This document shows, piece after piece, positions 16,149 through 30,998 of a DNA stretch of 64,000 nt. Position 1 is the stretch's first letter. Each line of letters opens with the position of its first letter. The DNA lies in contig CAXHJY010000645.1 of assembly GCA_964016885.1 (NCBI GenBank), positions 1 to 64,000 of the forward strand. The letters are read 5' to 3'. Origin of the DNA: Eledone cirrhosa. Its lineage: Eukaryota. The translations under genes were made by a program, and so were the position numbers. The notes under the pieces were generated by a model. It searched no databases. It was not told the origin of the DNA and saw only the letters and a list, made by a program, of their open reading frames with translations.

Positions 16149-16718
16149 ATAACCTCGGGTTAACCTATGTCTTGTCTTGTTAATGGCCATTAACTTAACG
16201 GTTTGACAAAACATGATCGATAATCTCGGGTTAACCCATGTCTTGTCTTGTTAATGGCCATTAACTTAGCGGTTTGAAAAAACATGATCGATAACCTCGG
16301 GTTAACCTATGTCTTGTCTTGTTAATGGCCATTAACTTAGCGGTTTGACAAAACATGATCGATAACCTCGGGTTAACCTATGTCTTGTCTTGTTAATGGC
16401 CATTAACTTAGCGGTTTGACAAAACATGATCGATAACCTCGGGTTAACCTATGTCTTGTCTTGTTAATGGCCATTAACTTAGCGGTTTGACAAAACATGA
16501 TCGATAACCTCGGGTTAACCTATGTCTTGTCTTGTTAATGGCCATTAACTTAGCGGTTTGACAAAACATGATCGATAACCTCGGGTTAACCTATGTCTTG
16601 TCTTGTTAATGGCCATTAACTTAGCGGTTTGACAAAACATGATCGATAACCTCGGGTTAACCTATGTCTTGTCTTGTTAATGGTCATTAACTTAGCGGTT
16701 TGACAAAACATGATTGAT
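16149..16718. repeat. 71-bp tandem repeat, 8 copies
   Basis: Unit ATAACCTCGGGTTAACCTATGTCTTGTCTTGTTAATGGCCATTAACTTAGCGGTTTGACAAAACATGATCG; starts at 16149, 16220, 16291...16646. Confidence 0.97.
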
Positions 16719-18752
16719 AAAATAGGACGTGGTCATTGCCACCAACTTCAACGTCGAAATTCTACAAACTCACCACCACCACCACCATAACAACCACAAC
16801 AACAACAGCAACAACAACCAACGTAAGAAGTCTTAATATTCTGAAATTTGTAAAGCCCGCCACCAGCCATCACATCCACCACCACCATCACTATAACCAC
16901 TTTCACTACCACCATCACGAACACCTAGCCCACCAATACCACCACCACGTTCTAAACCACTACGAACACCACCACCACCACAACCACCTTCACCACCAAC
17001 AACACTACTACCACCACCACCACCACCACCACCGCCACCACCACACCACCACCACACCATAACACCAACACACCACCAAACCATAACACCAACACACCAC
17101 CACCACACCAACACACCACCACCGCACCATAACACCAACACACCACCAAACCATAACACCAACACATCACCACCACGCCATAACACCAACACACCACCAA
17201 ACCATAACACCAACACATCACCACCACACCAACACACCACCACCGCACCATAACACCAACACACCACCAAACCATAACACCAACACACCACCACCACACC
17301 AATACACCACCACCGCACCATAACACCAACACACCACCACACCATGACACCAACACATCACCACCACGCCATAACACCAACACATCACCACCACGCCATA
17401 ACACCAACCCACCACCACACCACCACCACACCACCACCAAACCATAACACCAACACACCACCACCACCACACCAACACACCACCACCGCACCATAACACC
17501 AACGCACCACCACCACACCACCAAACTATAACAACAACACACCACCACCACACCTCACACCACAACCAAACTATAACACCGCCACACAACCACCACACCA
17601 CCACTACACCACCACCACACAACCACCACACAACCACACCACCACACAACCACCACACATCCAACACAGCACAACACCAACACACCACCAAACCATAACA
17701 CCAACACATCACACCACCACCACTCCACCACTCCACCACCACACCACCACTCCACCACCACACCACCACCACACTATAACACCAACACACCACCAAGCCA
17801 TAACACCAACACACCACCGTCACATCACCATCACACCACACGACCACACGAACACAGCACCATCACCACACCACACCACACTGTCACATTACCATCACCG
17901 CACAATCACCCACACACCATCGCTACCACTGACACAACACACTACCACAACACCACACCACCACACACCACCACCACCACACCACCACCACTACACCACC
18001 ACCACACCACCACCACCACACCACCACCACCACACCACCGACACACAGACAGAATCTATCAGTCGTAATTAAATCACTGTTGATGAGCTGGGCAAAAGTC
18101 AGTTCATTGCATTCATTGCATTTTAACACAATATGGTAACTCTCGTTGAAAGGAGAAAAAATCACGCACAATTCTCGCTCGTTCACGCAAACTACCGCGC
18201 AACATAAAACACAATAGAAATTTATTTCTAGATGGACAGTTTGTTTTATCATATCCTATTTTATTTTAAATATTTCTCTTCGTTTTTATCCCCCCTTTAT
18301 TCTTTGCTTTTTGCTTTTTGGCTTTTCCGCCATTTTAAAAATGTTGTTGTTATTTTTAGTTTCTAGAATAACGCCATGTTCTTATTTATTTTCTATTTGT
18401 TTGTTACATATAGTTTCTATTGCATTAAAAAAAATAGTTATCCATTTTTTTCTGTATTTTTTCTCTTCATGTTACCGATGTTGTCGTTTATTTTAAAATG
18501 GACGCTACAATTTTCCTTTTTGTTAACGGCCTCTCTCGTCAGTTTTTAAAATACTAGAAATTTTTTTTCAAAACGATGACGCGTTTGTGTATATATGTGT
18601 GCGTGTGTGTATCTGTGTGCGTGTATATATATATATATGTGTGTGTGTGCGTGTGTATATATAGGTGTGCGTGTGTGTATGCGTGTGCTTGTGTGTATGT
18701 GTGTGCTTGTGTGTATATGTGTGTATGTGTTTGCGTGTATGTGTGTGTATGT

Positions 18753-18807
<55 letters not shown>

Positions 18808-18905
18808 ATATATTTATATGTATGAGTATATGAATGTAAATCTGCAGCAAAAACAGACACATTTACAAAAATACACATACATTCACCACAGATTCATCAC
18901 ATATA

Positions 18906-19025
<120 letters not shown>

Positions 19026-19366
19026 TACATTTAAACACAGCATAGCAAATGGAACACCAGTCGCTGTTTTGCTATAGATTTTCACCATCCTTTTCCTTCC
19101 TTTTACACACACACACACACATTCACACAAACACACATACACATTTACACAAACACACACGCAGACACATTCAAACACAGCGTAGCAAATGGAAACGCCA
19201 ACCGTTGTTTAGCTATAGGTTTTTTCATCATCCCCTTCCTTCCTTTTACACACACACATACGCATACATTCACACAAACACACACATACATAGACACTCA
19301 CACACAGCTTAGCAAATGGAACGCGAGCCACTGTTTGGCTATCATTTTTTCACCATTCCCTCCTTC

Positions 19367-19416
<50 letters not shown>

Positions 19417-19775
19417 TTGTGTGACGGACGGAAGTTGCTGAAATTTATATTTTTTAATATGTTGTTGATGCTGCTGCTGCTGCTTTCTAGAATAACGCTA
19501 TTTCATTTTTTAATTTTTGTTTGTTTGTTACGTATTATAATTTCTATTGCCTTTTTTTTAAAAGAAAAAGTAGTTATCTATTTTTTGTGGGTGTTTTTCT
19601 CATATTCGCGTTGATGTCGTTGATTTCAAAATGGACGCTACTGTTTTCCTTTCTGTTAACGGTTTCTCTCCCATTTTCTTTGTTTTTCAAAATTATATTT
19701 CTTCTTTGCGTTATTCTCCCATATTTCTTCTTCTTCTTCTTCTTCTTCTTCTTCTTCTTCTTCTTCTTCTTCTAA

Positions 19776-19828
<53 letters not shown>

Positions 19829-19889
19829 GTTTTTTTCTTTCATTATTGTTTCTGAGATATATGCCTATTATCATTATTATTGTTATCAT

Positions 19890-20040
19890 GAAGCATAGAG
19901 TTACGTCCCTTTATGATCTGAGTTCAAATCCCGCCGAGGTTAACTTTGCCTTTCATCCTTACGGGGGTCGATGAAATAAAGTACCAGTAATACACTGGAA
20001 TAATTGCTGGCCTTGTGCCAAATGTAGAAACAATTATTAT
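19890..20040 (+). mobile_element. 5'-truncated tRNA-SINE
   Basis: B-box and body match the 8641-9237 family. Confidence 0.85.
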
Positions 20041-21099
20041 TGTTATCATTATCATCATTATCATCATCATCAGTATTATTATTATTATTATTATTATTGT
20101 TATTATTATTATTATTATTATTTGTATTGTCCCCTACATGTCGGCCCTTGTGGCCAATAGATGAAATCATTATTATTATTATTATTGTTAGTCTTATTGG
20201 TGATTTCAAGATGGACGCTACTTTGTTTCTTTGCTTCCATCTTTTTATTAATATTTTTTTCCTCCCCTAAATTTATTTTACCCTCTCTTTCGCCACCATT
20301 TTTTTTTTGATATTCCACTATATTTTCTGTGTTGTTTGTCTGTTGTTTTTTTTATTATTATTTCTGTTCTTAATTTCTAGATGGACGCCATTTTACTTGT
20401 GTTTTTTTTCGCTATATTTTATTATTCCTTTGACATATTGTTTAGTGGAGTTTTTTTAACGTTATTTTTCCTATTCTTATTGGTGTTGTTGGTGATTTCT
20501 AGGCGACGCCATTTTGTTTTTTAATATTCTAGTTTCTACGGTCTTTTTGGCGTTTTAACTTGTTTTAATAACGTTATTTTTAGTATTCTTCTTGTTGCTG
20601 TTGTTGTGGTTGTTGCTGTAGTGGTTGTTGTATTTGTTGTAATTGTTGTTGCTGCAGTTGTGGTTGTGGTTGTTGTTGTTGCGATTGCTATGGTGGTTGT
20701 AGTTGCTGTACTGGTTGTTGTGGTCGGTGTTGTAGTTGTTGTTGCTGTAGTGGTTGTTGTGGTTGCTGTTGTTATTGTTGGTATTGTCTTCATTGTTGTT
20801 ATTATTGTCGTTGTCGTTGTCGTTGTCATTGTTATTGTCGTTGTCACTAACTATATTAGAGTCAAATAATTTTCTCCTTTTCACTCATTCAATCGTCATC
20901 TATTTTGTTTCCTTTCGTTTTCCTTTCATTTTTTTCCCTTTCCCTTTCATTTCTTCCTTCCTTCGTTCCCAAGTTCGTTTACACGTTCAACCCTGTTGAT
21001 CTCCTCCTACACACCACAATGTTCTCTTACTTCCACACACCAACGCCGGCCCACTCGTCATCCCGTGTCCTCTCTTCCTCGCATTCAAGCTTGTCGTTG

Positions 21100-21132
<33 letters not shown>

Positions 21133-21440
21133 GTTTATAGTAGTATTAGTAATGGTAGTGGTAATGGTAGTTGTAGTAATGGTAGTAGTAGTAGATATGG
21201 TAGTGGTAGTGGTGGTAGTAGTAGTGGTAGTAGTAGTAGTAATGGTAGTGGTGGTAGTAGTAGTAGTAATAATGGTAGTGGTAGTAGTAGTGGTAGTGGT
21301 AGTGGTAGTAGTAGCAGTGGTAGTGGTAGTGGTAGTAGTAGTAGCAGTAGTAATGGTAGTGGTGACTACAGTTTCCTCAATGCATTATGCAAAGATATAT
21401 AAATACACACACACAGATATATATTCATATATATATATAT

Positions 21441-21575
21441 AACGAAGGAAATGTGGTAAGGAACGCGATGGACCATAACGCACCAAAGTACTCAATACTT
21501 AGCGCAGTAGAGTGGGTAATAGGAACGAGTAGGACCCCGACGGCTGAGCTCAGCCGTCGGGGTCCTACTCGTTCA
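21441..21575 (-). mobile_element. Hairpin-plus-tail element (family F9)
   Basis: Perfect palindrome GAACGAGTAGGACCCCGACGGCTGAG/CTCAGCCGTCGGGGTCCTACTCGTTC plus an ~80-bp tail; further copies at 22257, 44803, 49172 and a fragment at 26328. Confidence 0.7.
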
Positions 21576-21737
21576 TATATATATATATATACGGGACTTG
21601 GCGATTTCTTTTCCGGCCGCGTTTGTCTCAGTTAATGCCATCACTCTTACCTTTTTGTAGGTGGTCGTGATGGCATTTTTTGCCAGCTTATTGTAGGTCT
21701 GTGGGTCAACCTCATAAATAAATACTTAAATACTGAA

Positions 21738-22013
21738 TTGCGGAATATAAAAAAATCCCCTAGTCTGCATGTCTCCTCCGATAAAACCAAAAACGTTTAT
21801 CGGGTAGACCCACAGACCTACAATAAGCTGGCAAATAATGCCATCACGACCACCTACGAAAAGGTAATAGAGATGGCTTCGACTGAGACAAACGCGGCCG
21901 GAGAAGAAATCGCCAAGTCCCTGAAATTACATGACCGAACCGAACCTTTAAGGGTAAAGACCTCGCACTTTACCCTGAAGGACCATAAGGGAAACTTTCT
22001 CAACAAACCATCA

Positions 22014-22014
<1 letters not shown>
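21738..22014 (+). pseudogene. Penelope-like element ORF fragment (region leading into the RT domain)
   Basis: SDKTKNVY..YNKL..NAIT..Y..IAKSLKLHDR..FTLKDHKGNFLNKP matches, from recall, the DKT...LKDHK pattern of invertebrate PLE proteins; cut off by (TA)n. Confidence 0.7.
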
Positions 22015-22060
<46 letters not shown>

Positions 22061-22198
22061 GTGTTTCCGTAGGAAAGAAAAAGGAAAAGAAAGTGCTCTA
22101 TGTAGACAACAGAGCTTTTTAGTTATGTAATAAACAACATAAGATAAATATTTCATTTACCAAAGGTTTCATAACTATCTTATGTTGTTTATTACATA

Positions 22199-22256
<58 letters not shown>

Positions 22257-22258
<2 letters not shown>

Positions 22259-22445
22259 CGAAGTGTGGTAAGGAACCAGATGGACGATAACGCACCAGAG
22301 TACTCAATACTTAGGGTAGTAGAGTGGGTAATAGGAAAATGTTTGACCCCGATGGCAGAGCTCAAGGCGTTTCGACGGCTACTTCTGGACAGAAATAGCC
22401 GTCGAAACGGCTTGAGCCCTGCCGTCGGGGTCAAACATTTTCCTA
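22257..22445 (-). mobile_element. Hairpin-plus-tail element (F9)
   Basis: ~55-bp inverted arms plus a tail; TA-flanked. Confidence 0.7.
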
Positions 22446-22514
22446 TATATATATATATTTATATTATATATATAAATATAATAACAAACACACGTATGTC
22501 TCTATCTATATATA

Positions 22515-22587
<73 letters not shown>

Positions 22588-23676
22588 TATAAAAACATAA
22601 ACGTAAATATATATATACACACACATATATTTATAAATACATAATCACCCCCACCCCCACACACAGACACCGCCCACACACACACACAGACCCCCCCCCA
22701 CATATATATATATAGACACAGACAGACAGCAAGCCACTCAACCCTCCGTCTCTAGTGTCCATCTATTACTTACGAACCAATCAAACATAATTCGAACTGA
22801 TTTCACCAATAATATATTGATGAAGGGTCAATTTAGATCTCTTTGTTCCTCCCTGTCTCCCCTCTGACCTCTCTCGTATCATTTCATACTCTCCCCCTCT
22901 CTCTATTATATGATCCCTCTCTCTCTCTCCCTCTGACCTCTCTCGTATCATTTCATACTCTCCCCCTCTGTTATATGATCTCTCTCTCTCTCCCCCTATC
23001 TTTCTCTCTCGTATCATTTCATACTCTCCCCCTCTCTCTGTTATATGCTCCCCCGATCTCTCTCCCCCTCTCTTTCTCTCACGTATCATTTCATACTCTC
23101 CCCCTCTCTCCGTTATATGATCTCTCTCTCTCTCCCCCTATCTTTCTCTTTCGTTTCATTTCATACTCCCCCCCCTCTCTCTCGTATCATTTAATACTCT
23201 TCCCCTCTCTCTGTTATATGCTCCCCCGCTCTCTCTCCCTCCTCTCTCTCTCTCCCCCTCTCTTTCTCTCTCGTATCATTTCATACTCTCCCCCTCTCTC
23301 CGTTATATGATCCCTCTCTCTCTCCCCTCTGACCTCTCGTATCATTGCATACACTCCCCCTCTCTCTCTCTCGTATCATTCTTCACTCTTCTCCCCACTC
23401 CCACTCTCCCCACCCCCACTCTCCCCAACCCCCTCTCTCCACCACCCCCTATCTCTCATATGATTCCTATCTCTCTCTCTCATAATTCCTCACTCTTCTC
23501 CCCCTCCTCTCGTATCATTCCCCACACTCCCCACCCTCTGTCTCTTACTATCTCTGAACTTCTTTCTCTGCCTTGTTCTCTATTAATATTCCCCTATCGT
23601 TTACTCTCTTTTTCTCTTACTCAATACCTCTCTTCTCCCCCACCATTTGTCTGTCTGTGAAAAGATATATATATAA

Positions 23677-23895
23677 CAGGCATGTCAAACTGAGGGTCCC
23701 CCCGAGGCCCACATGGGTCACATATGTGTTGTCTGAGGGTCACACACGTCAACTATTTACGCACATTACAACTAAATTTGTTAAATTTCATATTACGAAG
23801 ATAAAACATGCCCGAACTGTAAAAACCTTTCTGCGGGCCGCGGTGTGCTTGTAAAGGGCCGTAAAAGCCCACGGACCGCATGTTTGACATGCCTG
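23677..23895. mobile_element. hAT-type MITE
   Basis: 14-bp perfect TIR CAGGCATGTCAAAC/GTTTGACATGCCTG; imperfect 8-bp flanks ATATATAA/ATATAGAC; its 3' part is duplicated at ~24040-24134. Confidence 0.75.
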
Positions 23896-24619
23896 ATATA
23901 GACAAAGAATCGACCCCAATACTAGGGTCAATTTTTTGTCTATATGTACCAGGGTACATTTTTTGTCGACCTCGAACGAATAATAGGCAAAGTTGACCTC
24001 GGTGGGATTTGATCTACGAGACTAAAATCTTTTTTTTATTTTATATTACAAAGATAAAACATGCTCTTACTGTAAAAACCCTTGTGCGGGCCGCAGACGT
24101 ACTTGTGCGGGCCGCATGTTTTTGATATGCCTGATATAGACAAAGGATCCACCCCAGTACTAGACTGGTACATTTTTTGTCGACCTCGAACGAATAAAAG
24201 GCAAAATTGATCTCGGTGGGACATGAACTAAGAGACTAAAATCTTTTTTTAAATTTTATATTACAAAGATAACAGCCGGGGCTGTGGGGAGGCTAGCAGG
24301 TGGGGCCCCATTTGTTCATAATACGGAGAGATGGAGGAGGCGATGACAGTGGGAGTTCGACTCTTGTTTCTGGTTTGCTGAGAAGATAATTATGGAACAA
24401 CACGAATGAAAGGCAAAGTTGATTTCCGTGGGATTTGAAATGAGAGAGCAGAGAGACGAATTGAGTAACACAAGGCATTGTGTCTGACGTTCTAACGACA
24501 ATTATAATTTGTCGCCGAAAGTAAAGAATCTTGCTCAAGGACACAATTTGTTTATGGATCAGTAATAAGAAACTCTGTATAGCCGCTCACAATGCTTTGT
24601 ATTTCATGCATGTGTGTAT

Positions 24620-24678
<59 letters not shown>

Positions 24679-24693
24679 CATATATATATATAT

Positions 24694-24740
<47 letters not shown>

Positions 24741-24874
24741 TATATACACATACATACATATATATATATATATATACATATATATGTAATTTATATAAAT
24801 ATATATATATATACGTGTACATACACACAGACACACACACATATATACACATATACATATATATACACACACAC

Positions 24875-24907
<33 letters not shown>

Positions 24908-24944
24908 CACACATATATACACATATACATATATATACGCACAC

Positions 24945-25021
<77 letters not shown>

Positions 25022-25484
25022 CACATATACATATATATATATATACACACATACATATACATATATATATACACATATACACACATATACATATACACAT
25101 ACATATACACATACATACACACACATATATATATACACACACACACATACATGATATAGGGGAATCGCTTGGTCTGTTTCTAATATAATTTCTCTCAGTT
25201 GATTTTCCAATCAATGGCGGTTTGTCTTCCTTCCCGACATCCTGTGAAATTATGGCTACACAGGAGACAAGATGTCGTCGACGTGAGAATGGCGGACAGG
25301 CTCACTGATTGGCGGAGCGGGGGGGCTGGTTTGTTGGTTGGATGGTTGGTGTGTTGGTGGGTTGGTAGCTGGGTGGGCTGGTTGGTTGAGGGGTTGGTTT
25401 TGATGGGTCGATGGTGAGCCTGGTGGGTTTGTTGGATAGCGATACTTGGTAGGTGTTTATGTGTGTGTGTATGCGTATATACGA

Positions 25485-25515
<31 letters not shown>

Positions 25516-25589
25516 CACACAAACATACATGTATATATATATATATGTATGTATACAATGTCTTGTATATATATATATATACATTCGTA

Positions 25590-25624
<35 letters not shown>

Positions 25625-25896
25625 AGAGGCAGGCAGGTAGGTAGATAGACATGTAGGTAGGGGTCAGGGGGTCAGACAGACAGATAGATAGGTTGATTGA
25701 TTCAATTAATCGATATTTAGAAGACGAAAATTATGTATGGCGGTCCATCCCATAGAAAATTCCTAGAATTCAAAGTAATATTTTTGTCACTCTTACTCTC
25801 CATTTCAATATTAAACATTTATACTCTGCTATGTATTGTGTACCTTACACACACACACACCTACACACACACCTACACACACACACACACACACAC

Positions 25897-25975
<79 letters not shown>

Positions 25976-26063
25976 GAAGAAACAAGGGACTGTAAAAAAA
26001 AGCACAAACAATGGACAGTTCCCTCATCAGTTGTCTGCTGGAGTTCACCGTTATTTCAACGCA

Positions 26064-26129
<66 letters not shown>

Positions 26130-26132
26130 AAA

Positions 26133-26183
26133 GGCTTCTACAGGACTAACACTGTTTCATTCGGGAGAAATCATCAGGAAGCC
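26133..26183 (-). ncRNA. Type I hammerhead ribozyme (F1) in fold-back element 26129-26298
   Basis: GGCTTC-CTGATGA-tTTCtcccGAAt-GAAA-CAG..CTG-TA-GAAGCC. Confidence 0.8.
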
Positions 26184-26452
26184 CGAATGAAACAGTTCTA
26201 GTCCTGCAGAAGCCTTTTCTATATTAAATATGTATACTTTGCTTTGTATTGAGTACCTTACTTACTGTGGTTACTCCCGATTGAACCCGGGATACACTTA
26301 TATATATATATGGAGAGAGAGAAAAATGTATGACCCCCGACGGCAGAGCTCAAGCTGTTTCGACGGTTACTTCTGGAGTGGTTAGCCGCACACTAATACA
26401 TGGATGTTCTCTCTACACCATACACACACACACACACACACACACAGACATA

Positions 26453-26535
<83 letters not shown>

Positions 26536-26749
26536 ACGCACACGCACACAGACATAGACACACACACATATATATATATATGTATATATGCACATATATA
26601 TACACACAGACAGGCTGACATGTATTTACACTATAAAAACCGGTTATTGTGATCTGGGACGAAGATTTTTTCGATTTTCCGTTAACAATAACTCTGATTG
26701 CTATTAACAAAAAAAAATGGTTGATATGATTTTGTGTGATCACAATCAG

Positions 26750-27800
26750 CTTTTAGTGTGTATGTGTGTATGTGTGTGTGTGTGTGTAAGTGTGTATGTG
26801 TATATGTGTGTGTATCTCTGTACGGTTGTGTGTATGTGTGTTTGTGTGTGTGTGTGTGTGGTGCTGTGGATGTTTTTGTATGTATATGTGTGTGTATGTG
26901 TGTTTGTGTGTGTGTGGTGCTGTGGATGTTTTTGTCTGTATATGTGTGTGTATGTGTGTTTGTGTGTGTATGGTGCTGTGGATGTTTTTGTATGTATATG
27001 TGTGTGTATGTGTGGTGCAGTGGATGTTTTTGTCTGTATATGTGTGTGTATGTGTGTGTGTGTGTGTATGTCTGTACGGTTGTGTGTAAGTGTGTATGTG
27101 TGTGTGTGGTGGTGTGGATGTTTTTGTATGTGTATATGTGTGTATATGTCTGTATATGTGAGTGTGTGTGTATGTCTGTACGGTTGTGTGTATGTGTGTG
27201 TGTGTATGTTTGTGTGTGTATCTCTGTACGGTTGTGTGTAAGTGTGTATGTGTGTGTGTGGTGGTGTGGATGTTTTTGTAAGTGTATATCTGTGTATATG
27301 TCTGTATATGTGTGTGTATGTGTGTGTGTATCTCTGTACGGTTGTGTGTAAGTGTGTATGTGTGTGTGTGGTGGTGTGGATGTTTTTGTATGTGTGTATA
27401 TGTCTGTATATGTGAGTGTGTGTGTACGTCTGTACGGTTGTGTGTATCTGTTTGTGTGCTGGTGTGGATGTTTTTGTCTGTATATGTGTGTGTATGTGTG
27501 CATGTCTGTACGGTTGTGTGTGTGTGTTTGTGTGCTGGTGTGGATGTTTTTGTCTGTATATGTGTGTGTATGTGTGTGTATGTGTGTATATGACTGTACG
27601 GTTGTGTGTGTGTGTGTGGTGGTGTGAATGTTTTTGTAAGTGTATATCTGTGTATATGTCTGTATATGTGTGTGTATGTATGTGTGTGGTGTGTGCGGTG
27701 GTGTGAATGTTTTTGTCTGTATATGTGTGTGTGATGTTGTGTATCTGTGTGTGTTTTTTGTGTATATGTATGTGTGTGTGTGTGTTTTTGTGTATATGTG
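26750..27800. repeat. Compound (TG)n satellite with alternating CTGTACGGTTG and GTGGATGTTTTTG motifs
   Basis: Recurrent motifs within a TG/TA matrix. Confidence 0.85.
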
Positions 27801-28096
27801 TATATATGTGTGTGTGTTTCTGTCTTTTTGTATGTGTGTGTGTATGTGTGTATGTGTGTATGTATGTGTGTATGTGTGTATGTGTGTACATGTGTGTATA
27901 TGTATGTGTATGTGTGTATATGTGTATGTGTGTGTATGTGTATGTGTGTGTGTGTGTATGTGTGTGTATATGTGTATGTGTGTGTATGTGTGTGTATGTA
28001 TGTGTGTGTATGTATGTGTATGTGTGTGTCGAACAAGCAAACGGAAACTATGAGCCAAGATATCGCTAGGAGGATCAGGAGCCATGATATGGCTTG

Positions 28097-28133
<37 letters not shown>

Positions 28134-28164
28134 GCTGAGAGAGAGAGAGAGATAGAGATAGGCT

Positions 28165-28197
<33 letters not shown>

Positions 28198-28266
28198 GCT
28201 GAGAGAGAGAGAGAGAGATAGAGATAGGCTGAGAGAGAGAGAGAAAGAGAGAGAGAGAGATAGGCT

Positions 28267-28300
<34 letters not shown>

Positions 28301-28452
28301 GGCTGTGAGAGAGAGAGAGATAGGCTGAGAGAGGGAGAGAGATAGGCTGTGTGTGAGAGAGAGAGAAAGAGAGAGATAGGCTGTGAGAGAGAGGGAGAGA
28401 GAGAGAGGCTGTGTGGGTGAGAGAGAGAGAGAGAGAGAGAGGCTGTGTGTGT

Positions 28453-28484
<32 letters not shown>

Positions 28485-29814
28485 TGTGTGTTTGTGTGAG
28501 AGAGAGGATGGGAGTTAAGAGGGAGACAGAGGTAATTTGAGAGGGGAAAATGAGAGGGGGATGAAAAGAGAGAGATAGAGAGATATATAGAGAGGGAAAT
28601 AGAGAAAGTATTTGAAGAGGGATGGTGGGAGGGAGTTAAACATGGATGCTAGTGGTCTATAGTGAAAGTAGACACAGTACTATGTTGACTTTGGTAATGA
28701 TGATGGTGACGGTGGTGATGGTGATGGTGGTGATGGTGCTGATGGTTGTGGTGGTAGTGGTGGTGATGGTTGTGGTGGTGTTGGTGATGGTGGTGGTGGT
28801 GACGGTGGTGATGGTGGTGGCGATGGTTATGGTGGTGGTGGTGGTGGTGGTGATGGTTGTGGTTGTGGTAGTGGTGATGGTTGTGGTGGTGTTGGTGATG
28901 ATGATGGTGACGGTGGTGATGGTTGTGGTGGTGTTGGTAATGATGATGGTGACGGTGGTGATGGTGGTGGCGATGGTTATGGTGGTGGTGGTGGTGGTGG
29001 TGATGGTTGTGGTTGTGGTGGTGGTGATGGTTGTGGTGGTGTTGGTGATGATGATGGTGACGGTGGTGATGGTTGTGGTGGTGTTGGTAATGATGATGGT
29101 GACGGTGGTGATGGTGGTGGCGATGGTTATGGTGGTGGTGGTGGTGGTGATGGTGGTGGTGGTGTTGCTGATGATGGTGATGATAGTTGTGATGATGATG
29201 GTGGTGGTGGTGGTGATGGTGATGATGGTGATGGTGGGGGTTGGTGGTGATGCTTATGATGGTGGTGTTGGTGATGGTGGTGATGATAGTTGTGATGATG
29301 ATGGTGGTGATGGTTATGGTGGCGGTGATGACGATGGTAGTGGTGATGGTGGTGACGATGGCGATGGGGATGATGGCGACGGTGGTAGTGATGTGCGGTG
29401 ATGGTGATGGTGATGGTGATGGTGGTGGTCATGGCGGCGACGGTGAAGAAGAGAACCAACGAGGAGGAGTGTGGGGGGAGGAGGGAGGGTGGGGAGGGGG
29501 ATGGGTTCAGCATACATTAACAGTAGTAGCAGTAGTAGTAGTAGTGGGAGGAGGCGGATGAAGGGGAGAATGAGGACAAGGATGAGTTTCAATGATAGAA
29601 ACATTGGAGAAGACTTGGGCGGAGGTGGCGTAGGGTGCTTTATAAAGAATGGCGACGATGCTCGGTGGTGGTGGTGTAGTGGAGGATGTCTGTGGAGGCT
29701 GGGAGGATGAGGTGGGCGGGGGTGGGGTGTTCGGAAGGAAATAGGAAGGAAATAAGAAGGAAATTGAATGAAGCTAGGAAGGAAGAGATATGTATGCCGT
29801 TAACAACTTAGTGA

Positions 29815-29863
<49 letters not shown>

Positions 29864-29893
29864 AACAAATATATATGTGTTTATTTTATATCT

Positions 29894-29961
<68 letters not shown>

Positions 29962-29990
29962 AACAAATATGTGTTTATTTTATATCTTAT

Positions 29991-30039
<49 letters not shown>

Positions 30040-30093
30040 CATACCTATATGTGTATATATACATATATATAATAAATACATACATACACCCAT

Positions 30094-30126
<33 letters not shown>

Positions 30127-30152
30127 CATAGACACACACACACTCACACACT

Positions 30153-30190
<38 letters not shown>

Positions 30191-30321
30191 CATATGTATG
30201 TATATATAGACCGAGCTGTGAATCCGAATACGGTTTAAACATTTGTTCTCGGTATGGTGAACTAACTGTTGTGTTACTACTTCTATATATACACACACAC
30301 ACACATACACACACACACACA

Positions 30322-30412
<91 letters not shown>

Positions 30413-30603
30413 GTGTATATATACACATCCCATATATATATATGTAGGAGGTGAGTTTTATACTTTTATTGTAGCACAATAAAGCAATGCAAATATCGTA
30501 TAAGTAGCACTCAACAGTTTATAGGACTGGAGTATATATAATATAAAATCAAAAGATGGTTAAAAGAGTTCCATGTATTTTATTATCGCATTTCATGTCT
30601 CCC

Positions 30604-30674
30604 TATTTCATCTGATGAGAACGCAAATATCATCCCATGATGATAATTGTCTTTGAAATGCGCATAATAAAATA
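30604..30674 (+). ncRNA. Minimal hammerhead ribozyme (F2) in fold-back element 30446-30710
   Basis: TATTTCAT-CTGATGA-stem II-GAAA-TGCGCA-TA-ATAAAATA. Confidence 0.8.
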
Positions 30675-30706
30675 CATGTACTCTTTTAACCATCTTTTGA
30701 TGTTAT

Positions 30707-30757
<51 letters not shown>

Positions 30758-30962
30758 GTACGTATATATATATATATGTGTATATATATATATATACATA
30801 TATACGTGCATATATATATATATATGTGTGTATATATATATATATACCTACATATATATATATATGTGTATATATATATATATTTATACATTTATATATA
30901 TATATACATACATATATATATATATATGTGTATATATATATGTATATACGTACATATATATA

Positions 30963-30998
<36 letters not shown>

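Noticed and set aside
16149-16718. Palindromic 71-bp repeat as CRISPR
   Set aside because: The whole unit is repeated, with no variable spacers
22330-22445. HHR in F9 elements
   Set aside because: Only a GAAA-side half is visible; no CTGANGA in these copies
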